Of a DNA stretch of 64,000 nt, positions 37,566-47,795 are shown one piece after another; the first letter of the stretch is position 1, and every line of letters starts with the position of its first letter. Source of the DNA: an uncultured Paludibacter sp. Lineage in GTDB: Bacteria > Bacteroidota > Bacteroidia > Bacteroidales > Paludibacteraceae. The translations under genes and the position numbers were made by a program. The DNA is taken from NCBI GenBank assembly GCA_964346125.1, contig CAYFTO010000001.1, positions 193-64,192 of the forward strand. The letters run 5' to 3'. The notes beneath the pieces were generated by a model. The model worked only from the letters and a program-made list of their open reading frames with translations. It was not told where the DNA came from and searched no databases.

Positions 37566-37618
37566 AGTGAAATTACTCTCCTAACATACTAATAACTTAT
37601 CATTAAAACACTTGCATA

Positions 37619-40459
37619 ATGAACAGGCAAAAGATATTTTTGAGTTTTCTATTCTCCTTTCTATTCGCTCTTACTAGTATGGCAAAAATCCCTACGGGTT
37701 ATTACTATTTTGCCAAAGGAAAAAACAAAGCTGAATTAAAAACTACACTAAAAGAGATATCTTCGCCGCTCTATCTACTACACTATGGCTCGGGGGAAGG
37801 AGCAACCTGGGAAGGATTTTATAAAACTGACCGCAACCCTGTTGACAATAGCGTTGTAGATATGTACTCTCCAGTTAAACGCTATTTTAATGAATACAAC
37901 TCAGTATCAGGAATTGACATTGAGCATTCATTTCCTAAAAGTTGGTGGGGCGGTCATCCTAATTACGCTTATCGTGATTTGCACCATCTTTACCCTTCCG
38001 ATAGCCGTACCAATTCGACTAAAAATAATTTTCCGTTGGGAGAAATTGGCAATCAAGTTGTCTTCTACAACGAAGTTTCCACTATTGGAGAGAATATTTT
38101 TGGTAAGGAATACAGCGGCAGAGCTTTTGAGCCATCTGACGAATTTAAGGGTGATTTCGCTCGCGCTTATTTTTATATCTCAACAATTTATGAAGATTTA
38201 TATCCACTTTGGAACTCAGCTATGCTTAACAACGAACTTTACCCAATGTGGAAACCATGGGCTATTGATTTATTGTTAAAATGGCACCGTCAGGACCCTG
38301 TAAGTGATAAAGAGCGAATCAGAAACGAAAAAGTATTCGAAATTCAAAACAATCGAAATCCGTTTATTGATTATCCCGAGCTGGTAGAACATATTTGGGG
38401 CAACCAAAAAGATATAGCATTTGATTTTGATATAGGAGATGAAGCTTTTTTAATTTCACCCACAAGAAATTTTCACATGGATATGGGTGCTGTGATGCAA
38501 AACACAGAGCAAAGCACAAGTTTTTTATTACAAGGTATAAATATTAAAAGTGATGTTCATTTTAGCATCAACACTCAAAAGTCCCACTTTAGTCTTTCTA
38601 AAACAAGTGCAACAGCACATGAGCTTACAAACGGGATTGATATTGAAATATCTGTATTGACAACAGAGCTTGGAGTGATTTCTGACACACTCCTTATAAA
38701 CGGTGGAGGATTACAGACAACTGTTGAGATTCCAATTAAGGTGGTTATTAGTTCAGAGTTTCTTGCTTTGGGACCTACTGAAATCACGCCAGTTGGTGCC
38801 CTACTCCATTGGTTTGACGATAATCAGGCCGATTCTTATAGACTCACCCTTTATGAGGGAGCTGAGGAAGCTGGAGATTTAATTATTTCGACTTACTACG
38901 AAGGTTTGTCAAATGACAAAGCCATTGAGTTATTTAATGGAACTGGCTCTACTATTGATTTATCCAAATATCAACTCAAAAAACAATCGAACGGTATTGG
39001 AGCTTATACTACCAATTTAAATCTTAGTGGCACTTTGGCTCATGGCAAAACTTATCTTATTGTTTATTCGCGCTCAACTAATGAAGAACTACAAGCAAAA
39101 GCTGATCTCTTTAACGACTCCATATTAGCTTTTAACGGGAATGATGCAATAGCCCTATTTCGTAACGAAATGCAAATAGATATTGTTGGAACATTGGACG
39201 GAGGAGCAGATTATTATTGGGGACAAGATAAAGTTTTGAAACGCAAAAGTTCTATTACTCATCCTAAAAGCACATTTAATATCGATGAATGGGAAGAACT
39301 TCCGTATTCTGATTTAGCTGTTTTAGGTACTCACACGATGAGTTTTGCTAATAATATTAATTACATATTCAAGAATGAAGATATCGGTTCGAAAAATCAT
39401 TATGAAATTAGCAGCCTTAGACCAGACACGCGTTATACCTATTTTATAAACTCGGTAATCAATCAGGCAAACGCTAAAAAAACTGCAAATACAGTTCAAT
39501 TTAGAACAAACAAATTAGACGCTCCAATTGCCTTGGAAGCTTCAGACATTAGCACTAATTCTTTTACTGCTAACTGGGAGGACCATCCTTATACCCAAAA
39601 CTTCATCATTGATTTATTTACACTATCAGGCTCAGTAATTAGTGAACTTGAAAGCTTTGACAATGTTAATTCGAGTGGTGGCAATTTGCCTGCTGGTTGG
39701 AGTGGCACAGCAAGTGGAAATTATACTAGCGCTGTCAGTTCAGGTGAAAACCCTCCTTCGGTAGGGCTAAAAAGAGACAAAGAGTGGTTGCAAACAAAAA
39801 CTTATGAACAAGCTGTAACACAACTTCAATTTATGTATCGCTTTCCATCCAATGCAAGCGGATCATATTTCACAATAGAAGCTTTTAATAAGTCTGGTGC
39901 CTCTTATCTCGTCGATAAAATAAACTATCAAAACTCTTCAAAACATTCGCCCATCTATCACTTCGATTCAGATCATGAGTATAATCAGTTTCGATTTACT
40001 TATTACAAATCACAAGGTAACTTAGCCATTGATGATGTTTATGTTAAGCATGGGGGAGTTGATACCTTATTTGTGCATCACAATTTGCCAACAACTCAGG
40101 TTTCTCATGAATTTACAGATCTTACACCTAACAAAGAGTACTACTATCGATTATTTGCTCAGCTTGACAATAGTTTTTCAAACTCGTCAAATATTATCAA
40201 AACTGAACTTCTACTTACAGGCATATTGGAGATAGAGCAAGAAAGAGAGAGAACAAACAATGTGCTTATAAAAGATGACTTACTGATTATTTCGCATCTT
40301 CAGAAAGGAGAAAACATAAGTCTTTACACTGCTAATGGTAATCTAATATACAAAACTATATCTAATGGCAACACGCATATTATTAAAACAAAAGAACGAG
40401 GTTTATTAATTCTTTTAGTCGGCAATAGTAAAGCTGTAAAGCTTGTAAAGCACAAGTAG
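37619..40459 (+). CDS. Secreted multidomain nuclease: endonuclease I domain, lamin-tail-like domain, Fn3-like modules and a T9SS C-terminal sorting domain
   Basis: 946 aa with a signal peptide. IEHSFPKSWWGG...DLHHLYPSDSRTNSTKNNFPLGE...NRNPFIDYPE are endonuclease I (EndA/NucM) motifs. ISTYYEGLSNDKAIELFNGTGSTIDLSKYQL resembles ExeM/NucH-type LTD segments. The C-terminal ~80 aa is T9SS-CTD-like. Confidence 0.8.
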   Translation: MNRQKIFLSFLFSFLFALTSMAKIPTGYYYFAKGKNKAELKTTLKEISSPLYLLHYGSGEGATWEGFYKTDRNPVDNSVVDMYSPVKRYFNEYNSVSGIDIEHSFPKSWWGGHPNYAYRDLHHLYPSDSRTNSTKNNFPLGEIGNQVVFYNEVSTIGENIFGKEYSGRAFEPSDEFKGDFARAYFYISTIYEDLYPLWNSAMLNNELYPMWKPWAIDLLLKWHRQDPVSDKERIRNEKVFEIQNNRNPFIDYPELVEHIWGNQKDIAFDFDIGDEAFLISPTRNFHMDMGAVMQNTEQSTSFLLQGINIKSDVHFSINTQKSHFSLSKTSATAHELTNGIDIEISVLTTELGVISDTLLINGGGLQTTVEIPIKVVISSEFLALGPTEITPVGALLHWFDDNQADSYRLTLYEGAEEAGDLIISTYYEGLSNDKAIELFNGTGSTIDLSKYQLKKQSNGIGAYTTNLNLSGTLAHGKTYLIVYSRSTNEELQAKADLFNDSILAFNGNDAIALFRNEMQIDIVGTLDGGADYYWGQDKVLKRKSSITHPKSTFNIDEWEELPYSDLAVLGTHTMSFANNINYIFKNEDIGSKNHYEISSLRPDTRYTYFINSVINQANAKKTANTVQFRTNKLDAPIALEASDISTNSFTANWEDHPYTQNFIIDLFTLSGSVISELESFDNVNSSGGNLPAGWSGTASGNYTSAVSSGENPPSVGLKRDKEWLQTKTYEQAVTQLQFMYRFPSNASGSYFTIEAFNKSGASYLVDKINYQNSSKHSPIYHFDSDHEYNQFRFTYYKSQGNLAIDDVYVKHGGVDTLFVHHNLPTTQVSHEFTDLTPNKEYYYRLFAQLDNSFSNSSNIIKTELLLTGILEIEQERERTNNVLIKDDLLIISHLQKGENISLYTANGNLIYKTISNGNTHIIKTKERGLLILLVGNSKAVKLVKHK

Positions 40460-40527
40460 ATAAAAAAAGGACATAAAAAAAGGGAGTAGATTAAATCTCC
40501 TCCCCTATACTCAACTACGAAAACACT

Positions 40528-40998
40528 TTAAAATCGGTATCTAATTCCCAGCGAAAAGCCTTGATAAGCAAAATTATTCGTTTTTGCTATGACGTTTATA
40601 CTAGGGCGCCAATCTAAAGATACCTGCAAAGGTACTTCATCGATATTGTATTCCACACCAACTTGCCCACTAACCGCAAGCCCCAATCCATAGCCTTTTC
40701 TATCCGACTCATCATAATAGAAAGAGCCAACTTGAGGACCTACACCTGCGAACAGGTTAAATCCACCGTTTGGAGCAAACAACCACTGATGAATACCAGT
40801 AAGAACAAACCCTCCATTCTTAAAACCAGAAAGGCCTAAATCTATTTCAGCACGGGTGGTACTGCTTAATGGATGATGATAAGAAATATCTCCACCCCAG
40901 CCAAAGCGAGCACCTATAGAACGTTCATTAACTTGTGCGTGCGAAACATAAAACAAACTCATCATCAAAAACGAGAGTAAAAAAATTTTTTTATTCAT
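40528..40998 (-). CDS. Small outer-membrane beta-barrel (porin family) protein
   Basis: 156 aa with a signal peptide. It shows an alternating aromatic/Gly pattern and ends in GIRYRF. A hairpin at 40482-40504 plus an upstream A-run acts as its terminator. Confidence 0.7.
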   Translation of the reverse strand: MNKKIFLLSFLMMSLFYVSHAQVNERSIGARFGWGGDISYHHPLSSTTRAEIDLGLSGFKNGGFVLTGIHQWLFAPNGGFNLFAGVGPQVGSFYYDESDRKGYGLGLAVSGQVGVEYNIDEVPLQVSLDWRPSINVIAKTNNFAYQGFSLGIRYRF

Positions 40999-41014
40999 AT
41001 TTATTATTTAAAAA

Positions 41015-42811
41015 TTAATTTTCACCTGGTTCTACCCAGTCACCATTTCTTTTAATCAATTCAATCAACCTATCAACTGCCTCTTCTGCTGGAACATTTC
41101 GCTCTATGCAATCGTGCTTTTTGTATAAACTAATTTTACCACGTGCAGCTCCAACATATCCGTAATCGGCATCTGCCATTTCACCAGGACCATTTACAAT
41201 ACATCCCATTACACCTATTTTCAGTCCGGTAAGATGCGAGGTTTTCTCTTTCACTTTTGCAACAACAGTTTGTAAATCAAATAAAGTTCGACCACAACCT
41301 GGACAAGAGATAAACTCTGTCTTACTTGTTCTTACTCGTGCAGCTTGCAAAACACCAAAAGATAAAGAAAGAACGTTACCATGAGGTATTTTCCCACTTT
41401 TATTTTGAATTAAAATACCATCGGCCAAACCATCTACAAATAGTACGCCAAGATCAGCAGAAGCTTTGATTTGTAAGGATTCAACATCAGTTTCATCATA
41501 ATTTCCAAGCAAAACAACAGGTGTTTCTACTTTCTCTGCCATCAAACTATGGATAAACGCACGCATTTCTCCAACGGGATTATCAGGGTTTGCATGTAGA
41601 AGCAACACAATATTTTGTCTATTCTTCAGGGTTTCAATTAAATTTGCATCAAATTCATCGTAACATGAGCTTAAAAACAAGATTTCTTCCTCAGATTCCT
41701 TAGGGAGTGTATCTATTGTATAAATTGGATATGTGTTTTTATTCAAATCGACTATTACATCTTCACGCAGCGTAAAGTCCGCTGTAAGATTAGGATGAAT
41801 AGCTGGTTTCGAGATTACTACTGGTAAATTTTCACCTCCAATAATCGATACAGCTTTTGTTTTACGACGTGTGAAAGCTTTTAATTCAAAATTCCCCTTT
41901 GACTTAACTTCTATCAACTTCGTATTTTTACTTCTTGCGCTTATATAATCAACCAATTTGCTTGCTACCGGTATCTCACATTCTGGCTCTTCACTTAATG
42001 ATACACGCACCGTATCACCCACTCCTTCAGCTAATAATGCACCAATCCCAACAGATGACTTAATACGTCCATCTTCACCATCACCAGCCTCAGTTACTCC
42101 TAAATGAATTGGAAAGTGAAAATCAGCTTTCTCCATCTCCTCCACCAATAGCCTAACAGATTCAATCATCATTACGGTGTTGGAAGCTTTCATTGAAATA
42201 ACAACATCACTAAAATCATTTTTCCTACACGTATGCAGCAACTCCATACAAGATTCTACCATTCCACGTGCCGTATCGCCCCAAGTCATCATCATGCGCT
42301 CACTAAGCGATCCGTGATTCACTCCAATCCGAATAGCAACATTAAGATTTTTGCAGATATTTAGGAGTTGAACAAAACGTTCTTCTAATTTAAGTGCTTC
42401 CTGCTTATATTCTTCATCAGTGTAACCATCGCTTGATTTAGGCTTAATGCCAGCCACAAAGTTTCCTGGGTTAACTCGAACTTTCTCTACAACCTGAGCT
42501 GCATAATCTGCCACATTTGCATTAAAATGAATATCTGCTACAAAGGGAATATCATATCCTTTCTCACGAATTGTTTGATAAATTATTTTCAAACTATCCA
42601 CCTCCTTCATTCCCTGCGTTGTTAAACGCACTAAATCACCACCAGCTTTAACAATACGTTCAAATTGTGCAACAGAATTCTCAATATCATTGGTATCTGT
42701 ACTTGTCATTGATTGTACGCGAATCGGATTTTCGCCTCCCATTGATAAAGTCCCTATTTGTGTAACGCTGGAACTTCTGCGTTTATAATTGTATTGCTTA
42801 CTATTGTACAT
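41015..42811 (-). CDS. ispG: 4-hydroxy-3-methylbut-2-en-1-yl diphosphate synthase, long (insert-containing) form
   Basis: 598 aa. Contains VQSMT, RIGVNHGSL and the C-terminal FISCPGCGRT...GCIVNGPGE cluster ligands. The ~250-aa insertion domain is typical of Bacteroidota, Chlamydia and plant enzymes. Confidence 0.9.
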   Translation of the reverse strand: MYNSKQYNYKRRSSSVTQIGTLSMGGENPIRVQSMTSTDTNDIENSVAQFERIVKAGGDLVRLTTQGMKEVDSLKIIYQTIREKGYDIPFVADIHFNANVADYAAQVVEKVRVNPGNFVAGIKPKSSDGYTDEEYKQEALKLEERFVQLLNICKNLNVAIRIGVNHGSLSERMMMTWGDTARGMVESCMELLHTCRKNDFSDVVISMKASNTVMMIESVRLLVEEMEKADFHFPIHLGVTEAGDGEDGRIKSSVGIGALLAEGVGDTVRVSLSEEPECEIPVASKLVDYISARSKNTKLIEVKSKGNFELKAFTRRKTKAVSIIGGENLPVVISKPAIHPNLTADFTLREDVIVDLNKNTYPIYTIDTLPKESEEEILFLSSCYDEFDANLIETLKNRQNIVLLLHANPDNPVGEMRAFIHSLMAEKVETPVVLLGNYDETDVESLQIKASADLGVLFVDGLADGILIQNKSGKIPHGNVLSLSFGVLQAARVRTSKTEFISCPGCGRTLFDLQTVVAKVKEKTSHLTGLKIGVMGCIVNGPGEMADADYGYVGAARGKISLYKKHDCIERNVPAEEAVDRLIELIKRNGDWVEPGEN

Positions 42812-43012
42812 ATCAAATATTTTTAGTACTATTATGTTTGTTTCAAAAAGAGCTTACTTATTTCTTAGCAAATATTTAGTAAAGATATAAAAATATTACC
42901 TTTGCAGAATATTTGAATATAAATATTTATTCATATTAGGATAAAACTTATTCAAATAAGAAATGTTTGCAATCAGTTATTGAATTAATTATTTTTATTG
43001 ATTATCGTACCT

Positions 43013-44719
43013 ATGGATATTTTTAGACCTGAAATATTTAACACGCTAAAAAAATATAGTCGTGAAAAGTTTATGGCCGATCTTATGGCTGGTTTAATTG
43101 TAGGAATTATTGCACTTCCACTTGCAATTGCTTTTGGTATAGCTTCAGGCGTAACGCCCGAAAAAGGTTTATACACTGCCATTATTGCAGGTTTCATCAT
43201 CTCATTTTTAGGAGGGAGTCGTGTACAAATTGGAGGCCCAACAGGTGCCTTTATCGTTATTGTATATGGCGTCGTACAACAATTTGGCGTAACTGGATTA
43301 GCTGTAGCTACCATTATGGCTGGTGTTATGCTGGTTGCAATGGGTGTGCTAAAGTTAGGTGCTGTTATCAAATTTATTCCATATCCAGTAGTTGTAGGTT
43401 TTACGAGCGGTATTGCGCTTACTATTTTTGCTACACAAATAAAAGATGCTTTTGGACTACAAATTGATAATGTTCCTGCTGATTTTATTCACAAATGGGC
43501 TGTTTATGCCGAAAACATAGCCTCATTCAATTTATGGACATTTTTAATAACTATTGTTTCGCTTTTAATTATTATTTTCACACCCAAACTTACTTCTAAA
43601 ATACCTGGTTCGCTAATTGCAATCATTTTTATGACCGTTCTCGTCTATTTCTTAAAAAAATATACGACTATGCACGGAGTCGATACAATTGGTGATCGAT
43701 TTACCATAAGCAAGTCTTTGCCTACTTATACTCCTTATGAGATTAATTTCAATATGATTCAATCTCTTTTGCCAGTAGCTTTTACAATTGCGATGTTAGG
43801 TGCTATTGAATCTTTGCTATCAGCCACTGTAGCCGATGGAGTAATTGGTAAAAAACATAATTCAAATACTGAACTTATAGCCCAAGGTGCAGCCAATATA
43901 ATTACTCCATTATTTGGAGGTATTCCTGCCACCGGCGCTATTGCTCGAACTATGGCTAATATCAACAATGGCGGACGAACTCCAGTAGCTGGCATAGTAC
44001 ATGCAATAGTACTTTTATTAATTTTACTTTTCTTAGGTGATTTAACCAAGCATATTCCAATGCCCACATTAGCTGCGGTACTTATTATTGTGGCTTACAA
44101 CATGAGTGAATGGAGAACTTTTCGCTCTCTGATGCGAGGTCCTAAATCCGACATAGCTGTTCTTTTAACAACATTTTCGCTGACTGTTATTTTTGACTTA
44201 ACGATAGCCATTCAAGTTGGTCTTTTGCTCGCTATTGTGCTATTTATACGCCGTATATCGGCAGTATCGACGGTATCTGTATTTGAAAAAACATTGTCAA
44301 AACAAGAGGATGAAGAGGATGATATGAGCTCTCTTTTAGATACAGAGAATTTAGAGATACCAAATGGTGTTGCTATTTATGAAATTGAAGGTCCTTTCTT
44401 TTTTGGAGTTGCTAATAAATTTGAAGAAACCATTAAACAATTGGGCGACTCTCCTTGCGTTCGGATTGTTCGTATGCGAAAGGTTCCGTTTATGGATGCA
44501 ACTGGCGCTAACAACTTGATGAACTTAATTCGTATGTCATACAAAGATAATACAAACATATTGTTATCCGGAGTAAATGAGTCTGTGAAAGAAATCTTAG
44601 ATTCGACAGGTGTGACAGATCTTGTTGGTAATAATTATATTTTCGACAATGTGATAGCAGCACTTCAGAAGGCAGAAGAAATAATTGAAAAGAATGGTAT
44701 ATGTGGTGGGAATAAATAG
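43013..44719 (+). CDS. SulP family inorganic anion transporter with a C-terminal STAS domain
   Basis: The track ORF starts at a TTG (42998); an ATG at 43013 follows. Contains DLMAGLIVGIIALPLAIAFGIASG. The STAS end reads IYEIEGPFFFGVANKF...VRMRKVPFMDATG. Confidence 0.85.
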   Translation: MDIFRPEIFNTLKKYSREKFMADLMAGLIVGIIALPLAIAFGIASGVTPEKGLYTAIIAGFIISFLGGSRVQIGGPTGAFIVIVYGVVQQFGVTGLAVATIMAGVMLVAMGVLKLGAVIKFIPYPVVVGFTSGIALTIFATQIKDAFGLQIDNVPADFIHKWAVYAENIASFNLWTFLITIVSLLIIIFTPKLTSKIPGSLIAIIFMTVLVYFLKKYTTMHGVDTIGDRFTISKSLPTYTPYEINFNMIQSLLPVAFTIAMLGAIESLLSATVADGVIGKKHNSNTELIAQGAANIITPLFGGIPATGAIARTMANINNGGRTPVAGIVHAIVLLLILLFLGDLTKHIPMPTLAAVLIIVAYNMSEWRTFRSLMRGPKSDIAVLLTTFSLTVIFDLTIAIQVGLLLAIVLFIRRISAVSTVSVFEKTLSKQEDEEDDMSSLLDTENLEIPNGVAIYEIEGPFFFGVANKFEETIKQLGDSPCVRIVRMRKVPFMDATGANNLMNLIRMSYKDNTNILLSGVNESVKEILDSTGVTDLVGNNYIFDNVIAALQKAEEIIEKNGICGGNK

Positions 44720-44810
44720 AATAAAAATTTCTTAGCCTGATAAGATATTCTACAAACAGAATAAGCGCAAAGCCATTAAAACTTTATGGCAAATGTCATT
44801 TCATAAAAAC

Positions 44811-44848
44811 AAAAAAGCAAGTAAAATAAATATATCACTTGCTTTTTT
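44811..44848. terminator. Bidirectional hairpin terminator
   Basis: AGCAAGT (44816-44822) pairs with ACTTGCT (44837-44843), between an A-run and a T-run. Confidence 0.7.
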
Positions 44849-44868
44849 CATTATATTCTATTTGCTAA

Positions 44869-45747
44869 TTATTGAGAAACAATTTCCAACAATTCCACTT
44901 CAAATACAAGTGGTGAAAATGGAGGAATACTTCCATGAGATCCTCTTGCACCATAAGCTAAATTTTGAGGAATGTAGAATTTATATTTTGAACCCACTGG
45001 CATCAATTGCAAACCTTCAATCCATCCTGGAATAACTTGATTTACAACAAATTCTGTTGGCTCGGAGCGCTCGTATGAGCTATCAAACTCTGTTCCGTCC
45101 ATTAAAGTTCCTTTGTAATGCACCTTTACAACATCTGTTGCAGTAGGTTTAGCACCATTAGCATCTCTCTCAACAACATACAATAGACCTGATGCTGTTT
45201 CTTGAATTCCTTCAATAGATTTACTCTCAGCGATAAAAGCTTCTCCTGCTATTTTTTCTTCTTTGTACTGCTCAGCCATCATTTTTTCTTGACGTGCTTC
45301 CATTACTCTATTAATATATGCTTCAGCTTCTTCAACTCCCATCATCATCTTATCATTCTTGCTTGAATTTACAAAACCTTGACGGAACAAAGAGTAATTA
45401 AGTTTAAGAGTAGAGTCGCCTAAGAAACCATTGGTTTCTTGTTGCTTAATCCAAGCACCAATGTTGCCACCTAACTGTACTACCTCTTTATTATCATCCG
45501 ATGTTTTTGCATTTAAGCCTTTTACCACACCTTCTACATACTCATTTATTTTTTTAGCATCAAAATCACTATCTGCCTCAAACATCGCTTTAATACGATT
45601 TCCATTGAACAAACCATACATATAGTTTATACTGTCCAACTCATTATTTAGTTTTACCGATTTTGCTTTAGGAGCACCTGCGCCACATGATGCAAAAATT
45701 ATTGCTACTAAAGCAATAGTAAGTGTTAAAAATATATTTCGTTTCAT
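44869..45747 (-). CDS. FKBP-type peptidyl-prolyl isomerase lipoprotein (Mip-like, FKBP_N + FKBP_C)
   Basis: 292 aa. Lipobox ASC and C-terminal [16 protein letters not shown]...[29 protein letters not shown]...[14 protein letters not shown]. Confidence 0.85.
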   Translation of the reverse strand: MKRNIFLTLTIALVAIIFASCGAGAPKAKSVKLNNELDSINYMYGLFNGNRIKAMFEADSDFDAKKINEYVEGVVKGLNAKTSDDNKEVVQLGGNIGAWIKQQETNGFLGDSTLKLNYSLFRQGFVNSSKNDKMMMGVEEAEAYINRVMEARQEKMMAEQYKEEKIAGEAFIAESKSIEGIQETASGLLYVVERDANGAKPTATDVVKVHYKGTLMDGTEFDSSYERSEPTEFVVNQVIPGWIEGLQLMPVGSKYKFYIPQNLAYGARGSHGSIPPFSPLVFEVELLEIVSQ

Positions 45748-45775
45748 TGTTCTTTTCTACTTTTTATACTGTTGA

Positions 45776-46291
45776 TTATTGATTTTCTTCGTCAGGATTT
45801 TCCTCTTCGGGTTGAAAATCATTTAAGTTAATAGAAGGAGTGTTTTGCATTTTTCTTTGAACAGCTTCGTGATAATAAGCCTCTGCCTCATCTCCGCTAA
45901 TACCCATCTCTTTACCTGTTATGCCATTAACAAAACCTTGTATCATCATTTTTTCTATAAAAGCAAGATCTGGATTAAAATCCAATCCTTCTTTTTTCAT
46001 TTCTTGTAACATCAATCCTACTTGATGGCCGTTATCAAACATTTCGCCACCTTTTGAATTCATTTTTGAATCAATCTCTTTTAACAATACTAACAAGTCA
46101 TTACCTGTTGAATCATTTACTAAGAAAGAAGTAGTAACATGATTTCCATTAATAATACCCAAGGCGTAGTTAAGACTATCTGCCTCATTTTTAAGATTTA
46201 CGGTTTTAGGTGTAGCACCACCACCGCCGCATGCAGAGAGTAAAACTGTCAATACCAGTCCCACAATTGCAAAAAATTTCATTGATTTCAT
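45776..46291 (-). CDS. FKBP_N-like lipoprotein lacking the PPIase domain, with an acidic tail
   Basis: 171 aa. Lipobox SAC. It is homologous by eye to the N-terminal helical domain of the neighbouring FKBPs (ADSLNYALGI..., QGFVNG..., EAEAYY). It ends in NDFQPEEENPDEENQ with no FKBP_C core. Confidence 0.65.
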   Translation of the reverse strand: MKSMKFFAIVGLVLTVLLSACGGGGATPKTVNLKNEADSLNYALGIINGNHVTTSFLVNDSTGNDLLVLLKEIDSKMNSKGGEMFDNGHQVGLMLQEMKKEGLDFNPDLAFIEKMMIQGFVNGITGKEMGISGDEAEAYYHEAVQRKMQNTPSINLNDFQPEEENPDEENQ

Positions 46292-46349
46292 TGAATTATT
46301 ATTTAATTTGATTTATATTATTTCTTTTTTTTAATATCCTTACGCAAGT

Positions 46350-47078
46350 TTATTCGATTATATCAAGTAACTCCACATCAAAAACCAGTGGAGAAAATGG
46401 CCCAATACCTGCTTGTGGAATACCTTGCTCTCCATATGCTAAATCATAGGGTATAAAGAATCTATATTTTGAACCAACTGACATCAACTGCACGCCCTCA
46501 GTCCATCCTCTTATTACTTGATTTAGAAAAAACTCTGCTGGTTCGCCACGCTCTACCGAGCTATCGAAGATATTTCCATCAATCGTTTTACCTGTATAAT
46601 GTACTCTTACTTTGCTCTCCGCTGCAGGTTTAGCTCCATCGCCCATCTCTACAACTACGTATTGGAGACCAGAGTCTGTTACTTTTACACCTTCTTTACT
46701 TTTATTTTCATTCAGAAAATTTTCACCAACTTCTTTCAGTGCTGCTCTCTCTTTGTTTTGCTCAGCCACAATGTAATTATTAAAATACTCTTGCGCAAAA
46801 GACTCTGTCATCCACAAAGATGTATCGTTTCTCAATGCTTGCGAAAACCCTTTAATTAAGAGCTCTTTGTTTATTTTTCCTCCCGGGAACGACTCTAAAT
46901 TTCCTGCAAAATCATTTCCCACATTTAAGCCAAACGCGTAACTCATTGAGTCCACTTCGTTATTCATAATTGATTTAGCAGGCGTTAAAGGAATAATCTC
47001 TGTAGTGGCTGATTTCTTAACTGAGAAGCAAGAAGTTAACAAAAAAGCAACAGCAACAGTTATAAATATTTTTTTCAT
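46350..47078 (-). CDS. FKBP-type peptidyl-prolyl isomerase lipoprotein
   Basis: 242 aa. Lipobox TSC and VHYTGKTIDGNIFDSS...VIRGWTEGVQLMSVGSKYRFFIPYDLAYG...PFSPLVFDVELLDI. Confidence 0.85.
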   Translation of the reverse strand: MKKIFITVAVAFLLTSCFSVKKSATTEIIPLTPAKSIMNNEVDSMSYAFGLNVGNDFAGNLESFPGGKINKELLIKGFSQALRNDTSLWMTESFAQEYFNNYIVAEQNKERAALKEVGENFLNENKSKEGVKVTDSGLQYVVVEMGDGAKPAAESKVRVHYTGKTIDGNIFDSSVERGEPAEFFLNQVIRGWTEGVQLMSVGSKYRFFIPYDLAYGEQGIPQAGIGPFSPLVFDVELLDIIE

Positions 47079-47124
47079 CTTTCTAATTTTGATTTACTTT
47101 AATAGATATGAATTGAATATGATT

Positions 47125-47709
47125 TTATACAATATCCAATAGTTCAACTTCAAAAACAAGTGTAGTGTGTGGTCCTATTAATTCGCTTGCTCCACGCTCA
47201 CCGTATGCTAAGTTTGAGGGGATAAACAATTTCCATTTTGACCCTACAGGCATTAATTGCAATGCTTCAACCCAACCAGATATCACTTGAGTTACGCCAA
47301 ATGTAGCTGGTTCACCGCGTTGTACGGAGCTATCAAACACGCGTCCATCAATCAAAGTACCATGATAATGCACTTTCACTTGGTCGCTTGCTTTCGGTAG
47401 TGTTCCTTCTCCTTCTATCAACACTTCATATTGCAAACCACTTTCGGTAGTGGTAACTTCAGCTCTTTTTGCATTTTCTTCCAAAAATGCTTTACCCTCT
47501 TCTATTGTCTTTTCGCTTGCTTTTGCTTGAAGTTTAGTAAAATAATCATTGATTACAGCTTGTGCTTCTTCAAATGACATTTCAAGATCTTTTTTCTCAA
47601 CTACATCTTGAATACCCTTTGATAATTTACTAAAATCTAATGCGTTGATTCCGCTATTAATTAAATTACTCCCTAAGCTCAATCCTAATGCATAGCTAAT
47701 TTTATCCAT
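47125..47709 (-). CDS. FKBP-type peptidyl-prolyl isomerase, FklB-like (no signal peptide)
   Basis: 194 aa. VHYHGTLIDGRVFDSS...[29 protein letters not shown]...[11 protein letters not shown]. Confidence 0.85.
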   Translation of the reverse strand: MDKISYALGLSLGSNLINSGINALDFSKLSKGIQDVVEKKDLEMSFEEAQAVINDYFTKLQAKASEKTIEEGKAFLEENAKRAEVTTTESGLQYEVLIEGEGTLPKASDQVKVHYHGTLIDGRVFDSSVQRGEPATFGVTQVISGWVEALQLMPVGSKWKLFIPSNLAYGERGASELIGPHTTLVFEVELLDIV

Positions 47710-47795
47710 CTTAATTTCTTTTTTTATTATAATTTTTAAAAATGGCTACAAAGATAACGTATTTATCAAGAAGGATAAAACTATTGGCTCTAATA

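Noticed and set aside
42905-42960. Nested AT-rich inverted repeats (TATTTGAATA ... TATTCAAATA) upstream of the SulP gene as an operator
   Set aside because: 10-nt AT-only palindromes are expected by chance in intergenic DNA this AT-rich, and no partner regulator gene is nearby.
42985-43371. 128-aa minus-strand ORF
   Set aside because: It is antisense to the SulP transporter. Its Pro/Thr/Ile/Ala-rich composition is typical of a shadow ORF opposite a membrane-protein gene.
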